This document shows, in pieces, positions 35,001 to 46,413 of a stretch of 64,000 bases of DNA. The notes under the pieces are model-generated. The model worked only from the letters and a program-made list of their open reading frames with translations, made no database searches and was not told the DNA's origin. Made by a program: the position numbers and the translations under genes. Location: contig JAKMXF010000330.1 of assembly GCA_024704765.1 (NCBI GenBank), positions 124,001 through 188,000 on the forward strand, written 5' to 3'. The number at the start of each line of letters is the position of its first letter. Within the stretch, counting starts at the first letter, position 1. This stretch comes from Oopsacas minuta (lineage: Eukaryota > Animalia > Porifera).

Positions 35001-35887
35001 GAGAGATGGTGCTGATCCATGGTTTGCATGCGACGGAAATTGTTTAACTCCTCTTTAGATCTGTTCTGTGCGTAAGTTCTTAGTTCTTTGAAATACTTGA
35101 CGAGAGTCTTGAGATATCCCAGACAGAATTCAACTCCCTCGTCCATGTTAGCCATCTTTCTCTCTAGTTCTTCATTCTTCTGGTCTCGTTCCAGATTCTT
35201 CTGTTTGTAATCTACAATATCTGTATCTTTACCAGAGCACCCTATGAAATTATCCACAGACATGAAGTCTTCTACATAGTCTGCGTCTGATTCTTCCACA
35301 CACTGACAGAGAGCACTAATCAGTTTAACAATAAGGTAGTGGAAGCTGGAGAAGTCAGGCTTATCTCTGTAGTTAGTGGGTGAGGGAAATATTTTATCGT
35401 TTAGTTTACTCAATAGATCTGATATGTCACTAGTGTCAGATAGCTGTAGCAGATCCAATGTAGAGGTTATGGCAATGTTAACTTCATCCATGCGTTCTCC
35501 CACTGAAGGACGTCCATCTTGTGTCTCATTTATTTCATAATTATTCCTCTCTGCTGCCTTTAGAGAATCCTCTAGCTTGTGTATAACGTCTAAACACTGC
35601 TGTGCTTCATAGCGTAGGTCGTAATGAGGAGATTTTAGGTTAAGGAAGGAACCAGCTGTTAACTTCTTAGTAGGCCCTCCTGGAGCACCATCTGTTATAT
35701 TATAGCGAGATGAATGCAGAGTAGAAGTAGAGAGAGCAGGAAATGTGTTTATAGGTACAAGAGAGAGAGGCTGTGAGAATCGTCGTGTCGGACTCGGGTG
35801 TATATTGTGGAGGGGAGGATTTGGATTCATAAGAATAGCTACTTGATAGAACAATGTAATGATAGGAATAATTATATCATCTAGCAT
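32063..35887 (-). CDS. F-BAR - C1 - RhoGAP protein (ARHGAP29/ARHGAP45/GMIP family)
   Basis: Coiled-coil F-BAR region; C1 domain HDLSRLMVPTRCRVCDHL...CSKCDVAVHTKC; RhoGAP domain GIYRIAGVK, IASCLKLYFRQLPEPL, NLGIVFGPTL; single exon. Confidence 0.88.
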   Translation of the reverse strand: MLDDIIIPIITLFYQVAILMNPNPPLHNIHPSPTRRFSQPLSLVPINTFPALSTSTLHSSRYNITDGAPGGPTKKLTAGSFLNLKSPHYDLRYEAQQCLDVIHKLEDSLKAAERNNYEINETQDGRPSVGERMDEVNIAITSTLDLLQLSDTSDISDLLSKLNDKIFPSPTNYRDKPDFSSFHYLIVKLISALCQCVEESDADYVEDFMSVDNFIGCSGKDTDIVDYKQKNLERDQKNEELERKMANMDEGVEFCLGYLKTLVKYFKELRTYAQNRSKEELNNFRRMQTMDQHHLSNLENLNKRVHVYFGTVSSQPIITHELERINERHAEQAIKNYVHQVNQKVLTPLNEHLKSTLENQYNNFKSSWVVEKKKVQDAENAMNRAKERYFQAGGSYDFTMHRSEKKDDFKRKKELEEARARLDECERAYSVSIVNANTCRKQHELFKGSIYCASRILATDSDMKLAQCLELFYRCQLEYCQPLPDYLSSVVERVKRVEPGTVFSTVVRSAHTSHKKNFDIKFEKYSSSFSVDPSTGKLMSEVGPDGEEYKRRTLAPSQSSPQAVMNSKPEHHQRAAALKAQQTHDLSRLMVPTRCRVCDHLTLLTGVSCSKCDVAVHTKCLPFLIVICGQTEVNKSQPLARCTTFGVSLEDQLKANNHKIPPILSRCIREIEDRGLDLQGIYRIAGVKNKVENLCASFETGDYKDINLSEEPPHLIASCLKLYFRQLPEPLFTFRLYDEFIPFSRKWDEMLRNPDLDAADEEKERLLIELRKLVQKLPRPNYIIGRRLLRHLRVIHMNASVNCMNSHNLGIVFGPTLFRPVELGISALAEISLRTKLVEIMIDNPSTFEIDCEMEDERGDNSEDPLEESKSDSETFSPVALNPRRVKLSLDDDVVRQPISNIKRNRSIKDITRMTNHITQFRETSPFSIRKKFRKPHQHQLEKHGIKSPTLSPICSGDTRVPSYSPNSRIRRKSNRSIDSLSQISVDSIESPSRERGTGFGDGWEFKKDSSNLTQDVVSAVFQLNLDDYLKHTSNNTLIHDGMSPKDDRSTLSRLRKSEAITASSPNILDAASQERTHEKMARSYSSVEEPEIGSSCRYETRRHPGTIPIPGGSRSSHDDLDTRSDITPINRSSSRESSSLDSATDDNSDPDSDHEDRLFLINIKSEYDHILSLPDQPTVSRPDSLHPNTELNQCKEEISLLRSQLDILITDCDKSDDERCSSSSSDTSSHYHTLEEHPSGEDNSPQALAKTKSYFSPSKEYMAVQPTANTATT

Positions 35888-36102
35888 CTGAGAAACCTCA
35901 GAAACTAGCTTTTAACTAGAAATGAAGCTTAGAAGTTGCAATATAAGTGTATATTACAATATCATTAATTAAACTAAGTGAACGATTACGATACCACCAA
36001 TATTATAGGGTTCTTCTTCTTAGAGATTTAATGTTAGAATATTGAAAGTATTTTGCTAGTGGTTTTGAATTATTAAAAGAATCTTGACGCCATTTGTATC
36101 TA

Positions 36103-37062
36103 TCAGAAATGTGATAAATTATGTGATTCTACAGTCTTTACATTTTCAGATCTATTAAGATGAGGTAGACACCCGATACAAATATTATTGATATCTTCCA
36201 ATGTGAGACAAGAAATTCTCAGACTGGTGTTTATGCCGGTACTCTTCAGTATTTCCTCTCTCAATTCCTGATCTTCAGGAAATAGCAAGTTTAGACTTTT
36301 ACGGATTGAGCTACGTTTCTGATTGAAGAGAGAGCGTAGCACTAGATCAAGGACTTCAAAGTCAACACTAATTCTAGGCTTAATAAGCGGTTTGAAATGA
36401 ACAGTGGCTGCGTTAACCTTTGGCCTAGGAACATAGACTGTGGAAGGAATCCTATAAACCAGCTCAGCATCACAATAAGCTTGCACAATAACAGATAGTC
36501 TAGATCTGTGAGGAGAATAAGGAGGAGCTACTATTCGGAGTCCAACTTCTTCTTGGAAAATTAGCGTCATTGGCGTACGTCCAAATTTGAAAGGGCCAGT
36601 GCGATAAGATATTTGTTTGAGAAATTTCACAAGGAGGGGGAGGGATATGTTAAAGGGGAGGTTTCCTATCAAATGTAGGAAACAAATTTCATCTTTCCAC
36701 CGGACGAGGGGTACAACACCAGTGAATTCCTTCTGTAGATCATATTTCAACACGTCTCCTTGTCTCACGACCAGAAGGTTATCTGAATAACTGCCTAGCT
36801 GATCAAGCATGGGGAGGAAGCGAGAATCTTTCTCAATAACAGTGAGACATCTAGGTTCCTGTAGCAGTATGCATCTGGTAAGAGATCCGGGACCTGGACC
36901 GATTTCACATACATATTTGCCTGTTATACCACCTGCATTGTCTACAATCCGCTGAGCTACGTTCAAGTCTAGGATGAAGTTCTGGCCGAGTTGAGATCTA
37001 GCGCGCAGATTATACAACCTGAGCAGCTCTGATACTTTAGGAAGGGTAGGGAATCTCTGCAT
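36103..37062 (-). CDS. TFB1M: Mitochondrial 12S rRNA dimethyladenosine transferase
   Basis: RFPTLPKVSELLRLYNLRARSQLGQNFILD, EIGPGPGSLT, IGNLPFN, RTPMTLIFQEEV, RSRLSV, YVPRPKV. Confidence 0.9.
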   Translation of the reverse strand: MQRFPTLPKVSELLRLYNLRARSQLGQNFILDLNVAQRIVDNAGGITGKYVCEIGPGPGSLTRCILLQEPRCLTVIEKDSRFLPMLDQLGSYSDNLLVVRQGDVLKYDLQKEFTGVVPLVRWKDEICFLHLIGNLPFNISLPLLVKFLKQISYRTGPFKFGRTPMTLIFQEEVGLRIVAPPYSPHRSRLSVIVQAYCDAELVYRIPSTVYVPRPKVNAATVHFKPLIKPRISVDFEVLDLVLRSLFNQKRSSIRKSLNLLFPEDQELREEILKSTGINTSLRISCLTLEDINNICIGCLPHLNRSENVKTVESHNLSHF

Positions 37063-38435
37063 ACAGGCAGAACTGTATAGTAAATAGTGTATGGTTTAGT
37101 TACTTTAGTAAATATACAACAATACCGACCAATCAATGTCAATAACAAACACACTTGTAAGTGCCAAATTGGAAGTGGAATCAGTAAATACAGTGGAATA
37201 ATTTTAACGCATGTAATTTGACCATTTTAGCTAATTCTGCACTTACTAAGAAACTACGTAGTACAAATATGGACTAAATATTAGTATTAATGCATAGCAG
37301 TCTTACCGAATATTCAACTATTCAGTAGCAACATTGGTGACTATGTATGCGAATTAATGTTATGTTGGGTTTCCTTTAAGTAAAATTTCTCAATTTCAAA
37401 ACTCTGTTTGTTCTCAAATACAATATGTTGTTACAACTATTGAATCTGTTTATATACAACTAGCCTAGGCATAGGGTATTAGTTTAATCAGCCAAACCAT
37501 AATGCTAAATGCAAAGCAAACAACATGTGCAACACTGCATGAACTATAGTTTCCTCTCTCCAACAGGATTCGGTGAAAATGGTTGACAAATTCAACAGTA
37601 ACAAGAAATAGAAATATAACAATACGAAGAAATTACATTATGCGATATTCGTATTTCGTTTTTATGATTCTAAACAATAAACAATAAACAATAAACAACA
37701 AAGCAACTAAGCATTCAAGCCAAAAAACTTGCTTCATAATGTTGCTGCATGCTTTATAATACCTGAAATTACGTATCTGTATTGTAAATCACAATGGTGA
37801 AAGTTTGAACTTGATTGGAGCCCGGAAACAACCCAAACCGATTCAAACTCCACACGTTTCAGTTATAAGGAACTCCAGTCTGAGATTAGAGACTCAAAAG
37901 GGTATTGGGCATATCATTATTGGCTATTTATCGTCAAACTTTTAAAGTACAAATACATAAGTTCCGTTTGGTCTGGCTGGATTGAAATACTCAACCCAAC
38001 CGACCAATCCGTTTCGAGCTCTAATTCTGACTAAAGATGAAATGACAATAAGCTTAATTTTGTAGAATTATAATAAATCATCAGTGAAAAATAATAGCTT
38101 ATGGAAATTGAGGAGAAAAGTATATTTTAGTTTCAGAAAAGATTGTAGAGTAAGTAAAGCTGAAAAACTTTGCTGCCGAAAGTTATTACATGACCTACGG
38201 TTATAATAACTATATACATGTGTAGTTTGATGGAACATGATTACTAGAAATAAGCATTATCAGCATGTTTTCACCAACTTTGTACATAAGACGAATAAAT
38301 ATTCATAACTTCAAGAGAAAAACCTTAACCATCAGGATAGAATAATTAGGAGCACAACAATTAATTCTCAATTAATTAATTAAAGATTAGTACCAGCAGT
38401 TATTATGTGTGATTCTGAGCTGTGATACATATAGT

Positions 38436-38972
38436 CAGTAGCGTAACGACGGGGGGGGCAATGGGGGCACGTGCCCCCAGCGGCACTTTCTGGGGGGGCG
38501 GCATTTTGACATATTGGTCCACACAAATATGCTAAATCTCATGTGATCCCATGATAATTTATATCCGTTCTAACCAGGGTTGTCTCTTTAAAGTTTAAAC
38601 CCACCCCTCTGGATTAAACCATTGTTTAAACTGGTTAGAGGTCTTACTGAGGCAACTGACTTCACCTATGTGATCGATAAGTTTGCGAGACTCAAAGCAC
38701 GAAAGGTCAGGCTGTGAAGAAGAGCTACTAACGACCCGAAGCGGTAGTATTATTGTATTTTCGGTTAAAAGTTGCAAACATATATGCGTAATCACATATT
38801 ATGTAAAAAATAACTAAACATGGTATCTAATGAACCAGGGTAGGGACAAGGGGAATTTTCAAACAACACCCTTCCCAGGAGTTGTTTAAGATAACTACTC
38901 ATAAAGTTACGTTTTAGGGGGCGGCGTTTAGAGCATGTGCCCCCAGCGGCACTAGACATCGTTACGCCACTG
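38436..38972. mobile_element. hAT-type MITE, 537 bp
   Basis: TIRs CAGTAGCGTAACGACG / CAGTGGCGTAACGATG; perfect 8-bp TSD CATATAGT at 38428-38435 and 38973-38980; subterminal GTGCCCCCAGCGGCACT near both ends. Confidence 0.9.
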
Positions 38973-39337
38973 CATATAGTAGCCATTATTAAATTAAGTA
39001 GTAACCTTGTTACATGGCTTGTATTGTGATGTTAGGTGCAGTAAATGCACGTAACACAACATGTACATACAAGAGCATAGGTCTATTGTATGACAAAATA
39101 GGTAAACCTATTTTGTGACGTAAAGCAGGGGTATGGGATGATTTGTGCGTAATGAGAAATGACTACCTCGCATATCCATGGTTACTATATAAAGAGGGGC
39201 ATATTTCGATGCAACATAAACCTCTTAAATTTAAAGGACTTTTACCATTACTTCACAACCAAGCATTTACTGGTAAAATAAATGTAATTTGAAATTGAAA
39301 TTTACAGTATAAAAATGAAATTTTAGTTAAAAAAAGT

Positions 39338-42300
39338 TTAAATAATTGAGATACTACCTTCTTCTGAATCGATAAATTTTAGATCATCTTCTGTAGCCAT
39401 CTCTCCTTCAATTCCATCTATATAACCTGTTACAGATGGATCATCATTGTAAAGCTCTCTGAAGTCAATCTCCAACTCCTCAGAATCATAACGATCAAAA
39501 GGACTGAACAGCTCATTGCTATTTTCACTGCCATGAGGAAGAAGCATGCCGTGACTCATGTTATCCATTGACTCACTGAACATTTCCATGATTAGCTCCT
39601 GTGATTCATAGTGTAGAGTCTGGCCTGACTGGGCAGAAGACCAGTCATCATAGGGAGGGCGGTATAACGGGTTGTCTAGAGCCGCAGAGCTGCTGAAGAA
39701 CCGAGAACTCAGATTGGACAAGTCAGCAAGAGAATTCATAACCGATTCAAATCTAGAATCCTTAGACCCTGTGTATTGTCTCCGACGGTGTCTACGTGCC
39801 TGGCAGAATAGCAGACAGCAACAAGTCATACCGATACACACGAATACAGCCAGGACACCTATAAGAGACCAGTAGAGGAGGTCATAGTTGGGAGCAGGTG
39901 TAGCTGGAGTCTCTTCTAACACAGCCTCTATATCACAATCTGATAAAGTTCGTAATAACTCAATGTTTTCATCTAGTAATTTGACCAGGTTAGCTTGTGG
40001 AATTAATAAACCTTCAGAATTAACAGCGAACACATAGACATCGGTTTTACTGAGATCAATTACACTATTGTCTACATGCGGAGTGACGTCATACACTGTT
40101 ATCATAGAGTTAGTTATTTTCTCGTAAGATGCAATCAGCTGATTGATGTTAGACACCACTTCCAATGGTTCACATTGTATCACTGTTATAACGAGATATG
40201 AACCTGTAATAATAGTTATAGTGAGATAAACTGTAGCAGAGTTATATGGAGAGTTCATTCCATTATCATATGCAGTTACATCAGTTACATAGATAGTACC
40301 AACTCTGTTATCAAATATGTCATGTGTAGCCACCTGTCCTGTCGTAGGGTCTATTTCGAAGTGCTGCTGGTTGGCGGTAGGCTCATTAATTTGAAATCCG
40401 ACCGTCCCTAACCTACCGGAATCTCTGTCCGTAGCTGTTAGCACTATCACACTGGTACCATGAGGAGAGTTCTCTAACACACCAGCTCTGTAGAATAACT
40501 CCCCAAATACAGGAGTATTGTCATTCTCATCCACTACAGTTATATTAACAGATACTGTACTTGATAGAACAGGTGTACCAGCATCTGTAGCTATTGCAAT
40601 GAACAAATAGCTTTGAGTAATCTCAAAGTCTAGCGGATCCGTGAGAGTTAAAACTCCACTGCTAGAGAGAGAGAAGGCATCTACTCTACTAGCGTTATAC
40701 AGGGTGTATGATACAATAGCATTAATACCGATATCTCTGTCTGGAGCGGAGAGAGTAGTGATAGCAGATGATAAGACATGATACTCACTAACCAGTATGT
40801 CATAGCTAGCGGGAAAAGTGGGAGGGTTGTCATTTATATCTGTAATATTAACTAGGAGGTTGTATTCAGAGGTGAGGGAGGGATCTCCACCATCTCTAGC
40901 AGTGATAACAAGTTCATAACTATCTGTATCTTCACGATCTAGCTCTGATATCGTAAATAAGCTACCAGATTCAAGACCTATAGCAAACATTCCTTCACCT
41001 CCAGAAATAAAGAACACTACTTTTTTATTCAGTTCTATGTCTATATCTGTAATATTAACGAGGAAGAGCTGAGCACCTAGAAACACATCTTCAGGCACCT
41101 TAATGGAGAGTTCAGAGTTTAAAAACTGTGGATCATTGTCATTGACATCTTTTATGATTACGCTGATCACTACATCTGTGTGTCTAGTCGGGGAGCCCAT
41201 GTCTGAGGCTCTAACCATGAAGGTATGTAGACTGGTAGTCTCACGATCAAGTAGTCCTGTTGTAATTAATATATTTGTGCCAATAATGAAGTCAAATGGA
41301 ACAGTAAGGCCAGGAGCTATCGAATAAGAAACAGTACCATTCTCAATACTATCGGGATCTAGTGCTGTAACCACACCGTCTAACTGAGTGTTGATAGTAA
41401 CATTCTCAAGAACAGAAAATCTATAAATAGATTGTTCAAAGGTAGGAGAGTTGTCGTTAACATCTAGGAGGGTAATAATGAGATCAGCTGTTCCTACTCG
41501 AGGAGTAGGCCCATTGTCCTGAGCGCGTATAGTCAGCTGATGAGTAGCAGCTGTCTCTCTATCAGTGGAGATAGCTGTAGCGCTAACTAGTCCTGTGTCT
41601 GTATCAATCGAAAACATATCGCCTGTGTCTCCACCTACGATAGAATACTGTATCTTCTGGTTCTCTCCTTCATCCATATCAGTAGCTAATACAGTTATAA
41701 CATACGTACCCATATGAGCACTCTCTATTAGCTCAGCAGTGTAGGTAGTCTCAGAGAAAATAGGAGAATTATCATTAATGTCCAGTACTGTTATAAACAC
41801 ATCTACTAGGTCACTAGTGCGAGGAGAAGTATCTAGATCACTAGCTTCTATCTTTAGAGTGTAGTTATTAGTTGTCTCTCTGTCAGGAGAATCAGACAGA
41901 GAGCTGACAGATATCTCACCTGTCTCTGAGCTGAGTGAGAATGCAGATCCTGTGTTACCGCTGATTATAGAGTATCTTACTTGTCCAAATACAAGATTAG
42001 GATTATCTCCGTCACTAGCATATACTCTGCCAAGTGTAGCTTCAGGACCAGAGCCTTCTGTTACCTGTCAGAGAATTATATTATTTATATGCAGTTGCCA
42101 TCTCGAACATATCTTTTAAGTAATAGAGACTCTTATTGTTATTAATATGATTCGGAAGCATGTTTAGTTGTACGTACGTATTATCACGAGTACATATAGT
42201 ATTACAAAGTAGCACAGTATTCAGAAGTATAACTAACCACAAATGAGTAAGGAGCTCCTATGAACTGAGGGTTCTGGTTGTTAGTATCAGTTATGTTGAC

Positions 42301-45300
42301 ATTAATGAGAGCAGTGGAGCTAAGCGAGGGAGAACCCTTGTCTCTGATCTCTACGAGGATAGAGAAACTGTTCTGAGAGAGACTCCACTGAGGAGGATTG
42401 GAGATAGAGAGGGTACCGTCACTAGGAATAAGTGAGAATGTATCTGCTATGTTACCAGATAGAATTGTAAAATTAAATTCCTGGTTAATACCCTCATCTG
42501 AATCTGAACCTTCTAGTTTCATAACAAACAATCCTACATGACTGTCTTCCACTACACTGATAGGATATATGTCTTGTGAGAATACAGGAGCATTGTCATT
42601 GACATCTGTCAGAACAACTTCAACATCAGCAGTTCCGTTATGGGGATCAATAGCACTATCAAATGCTATGACAGAGAATGAGAAGAATGCTCCTGTCTCT
42701 CTATCCAATACTCCAGCTACTGTAATTAATCCTGTGGTTATATCAATTCTAAATGGGAGGCCTTGTGGAGGATCGTAAATAGCGTACTTAATGAGAGCGT
42801 TATGAGAAGTATCGTTGTCAATAGCTAACACCTGAACAACACTAGATCCATCTTGAGCATCCTCTGATACAGTAGCAGTGTATGTACTGAGAGAGAATAC
42901 TGGATCCTTGTCATTCGCATCCAGTACTGTTATCAGGACCAAACAGGTACCTGTTCTGCCGCCCTGTCCCTTGTCAGTAGCTACCACCCTAAGACTGAAG
43001 AAGCTAGTAGCAGGGGAGTCTGCATCTAGCTGACTCAGCACTGATATCACTCCTGAGGTGGAGTCAATGAGGAAAGAACTTCCTGGATTAGTTAATGGAT
43101 CCAAACGGTATTCTACTTCAGCATTAATCCCTTCATCATTATCAGATGCGGTCACCTATGAACATATACAACAAGTAATAGGGAATATTAAGGCATAGAA
43201 TGCTATGAGTAAGGATTAGTATAAATTTCAAATTATTTGGTCACGGATTACGAACTATAAATATGTGAGTTATATCGAAGCTATGAGATTAGCTTTGTGA
43301 CCTCGAAGATTAGATCTATTCAATTACTAAGGATTGCTGAACTATACTACATACCTGTATCACTAGTGAAGAGGGTACAGCTGCCTCGCTAACACTCTGT
43401 GAGTAAGTGGACGGATCAAAGAAAGGATTATTATCATTAGTGTCATTGACAGAGATGATAAGCTGAGCTGCTGTAGTCCTAGGATTAAGAGGATCTAGAT
43501 CTGTAGCCAACAGTGTAATAGTGTACACAGACACACTCTCTCTATCCAGCATCATACTGGTAGATATGTCTCCATCTCCGTTAACAGAGAACAAACTACT
43601 GTCAGTACCTGAGAGAGAATAACTCACCATACCTGCCAGACCTAGATCATCATCGGAAGCTGTTATGCTAGATACTGGAGTACCAATAGGCTGATTCTCT
43701 AGAATAGATAAATAATGTATTTGTGTGTTGAAGTATGGACTGACGTCATTCTCATCTGTAATCGTAACTGTGAGTGGTACCTCTGTAACACTATTTTCTG
43801 CAGTCAGTGTTTCTATAGCTAATAACATCAAGGAGTAGCTAGAGGTTGTCTCACGATCTAGAAGCCCTGTCACAATCAGGTTACCTATTAGAGATAGACA
43901 TAAATATCAACCAAACCCTTATACATTTCCATATATTTTCAATTATTCTCTGCAATTTATGTTCTAAAGCAGTTAGTTCGAATAATGTCCCCATTTCACC
44001 AAAATAGAAATATTTGCAAGCTTGTTAAATAACTTTCCCTGGAAACGTAGCAAAATCTTTGGAATGACAACTTAACAAGTATGATAATACTCTAGCGGCC
44101 TCTAGCCATCATGAGAAATAACATTAACATAATTACCTGTCATAGCATCTATAGAAAACACAGGAGATACTGTCCTAAGAGAAAACGAGAACAGAGCATT
44201 GGTACCATCATCTGTATCACTAGCAGACACACCCGTGTACACTACCAGGTTAATAGGTGCTCCCTCAGATACCTCTACAGCATAGTAGGGTTGATCAAAT
44301 ACTGGAGAGTTGTCATTGATATCTAATACTGTTATAGCTACAGCAGCGAATGAACTGGAAGTAGCGTCTGAGATCTCAGCTGCTCGTATCTGTAAGGAAT
44401 AACTAACATCTTGTTCACGATCCAGAGCTGTCTGAATAGTAATGGTGCCATCACTCCCAATACCAAAGTTACCACCTGCATCTCCTGATGTGATATCGAA
44501 TTGAACTTTATCTAGATCTGTAGTATCTCCATCATCAGCGAATACCTACAATAAAATTAAAAGATATATTCACAAATATATATGTCACAATCCAAATTGT
44601 GTATCCGCCAAAACTAGCGCCAAAAAAATAATCAGCTGATATTCAGTCGATACTCCCTGGACCAAGTATATACAAATTTTATAAAAATTCAGTTGATATC
44701 GAAATACCTAACAATGAGAAACAGAGCAGAAGCATAGCACACATTATTCGCACAAATAATTAATACTTGTGACTGTAAAATATTTCCGGTTATAATCCTT
44801 TAAATATTGTCAAATTGTGTCTAATTGAACAAATGTAAATTATGGATAACTAGTAATACTATAATTATTAAACAGTGACATACCTGAAGTACAGCGGTGC
44901 CTACAGATGCCGCTCCCTCAACTGCAACCCCAGAGTACGGCGTGTTAACGAATCGTGGTAATTCGTCCTGTACATTACCTATAGATACGAATACACCGAT
45001 ACTGGTAGAGAGAGCAGGCGACCCCAGGTCAGTAGCAATAACAGTCAGTGAGTAATGGTTGAGAGTTTCATAGTCTAGAGCTGTAGCTACTCGCAGGTTT
45101 CCGACTACCGAGTCTATCTGAAAGGCACCACCTGTGTTCCCTACAGAGTCCAATGAGAATAGGATCTGACTGTTCTGGCCTGCATCCTAGCCAAATTAAT
45201 GGAATACTTATCCAAAACAAAGTATAATTTGAAATTGTTCATTTTGTCAAATCGACATTTTGAGAAGTACACTTTACCAGATGAACATCTTTTATTAGTT

Positions 45301-45925
45301 GATTTTACAAAATTGACACTATCATGACCTACGTAGGTCACGACATATCATATACAATTACACATTGTATCTGTAGTTATCTAGAAACTAATGAATATAG
45401 TAGGAAGACAACTCAATAAATACATAATATCGTAATTTATTAACTCACATCATCCAGTGCAGAGACCTGCAATACAAATCCTTCTACTGCAGTAGATTCA
45501 TCTATATCTCCTTCGTAAGGAAAATTCGTAAACTGAGGAGCGTTGTCATTATAATCTCCTATTATAACCAAAATAACGGCAAAACCTTGAAGCAGTGAAT
45601 CATCAGCAATTACATTAAACTGTATAGTATTAAATGTTTCTCTGTCAAGAGATTGTATCAGTGTAATAACTCCTAAAGTAGGATCTATACTGAAGTATAC
45701 ACCTCCTATAATATCTAGACTGTATGTGAAGGAATCAGAATCAGTTGCTTCTACCGTATATGCGTGTGTTGATACAAGATGGTCTTCCCTTACTGGTACG
45801 ATGTAGATATCTTTGGAGAATACAGGGGCTAGGTTCTGAGCAGAACACCAGCTGGTCAGGAAAGAAACCAAAATGACAGAAAATAAGGTCCGGGTTAGGA
45901 AATATAATAATTGATTTTGTGACAT
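39338..45925 (-). CDS. Non-classical cadherin, about 1790 aa, 14 EC repeats plus membrane-adjacent domain, TM and acidic tail; 6 exons: 45925-45449, 45186-44884, 44545-44137, 43884-43355, 43155-42238, 42064-39338
   Basis: Signal peptide; repeated DRE / DxD / DxNDNxP calcium motifs (13 linkers counted); GT-AG phase-consistent junctions, including an exon (44545-44137) missing from the ORF track; TM YWSLIGVLAVFVCIGMTCCCLLF; NPLY in the tail. Confidence 0.88.
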
Positions 45926-46413
45926 TAATTTAGAAGTGGAGTATCTGCTGTTGCTAAAGTATAATATAATATGGATGTAATGAGCAGATTACTATGGATA
46001 CCGGCATAATGAGCATCCCGGATATAAGTTGTGTTAACCAGGGATATTCGTTGTGGTAGATTTAGCTAACTGCAGAAATACGGGGATGACGACATGCACA
46101 ATGAATACATGCAAATTGGCTATAAGAACTTCATAATCTACTTCCTAAAACAATGTTCATAGAATTATATCAGGTTTCTACCCAATGTAGAATCGTGAAT
46201 TATTTAATAATACTACCATCCAACCTGGAGCACTAAGTGAAAGCTAGTGAAACACATAAAATTAATATCAACAGATACCTGTACTGTAGTCCCCATTTTA
46301 GTGTAACAAATAAGTTAAATGTATGTTGTTATATTTGAATTATATTATATAAGAATTGGGACTGGTTACACTAGATAAACTACTATCCAATGTCACAAGT
46401 AATACAGATAGTA

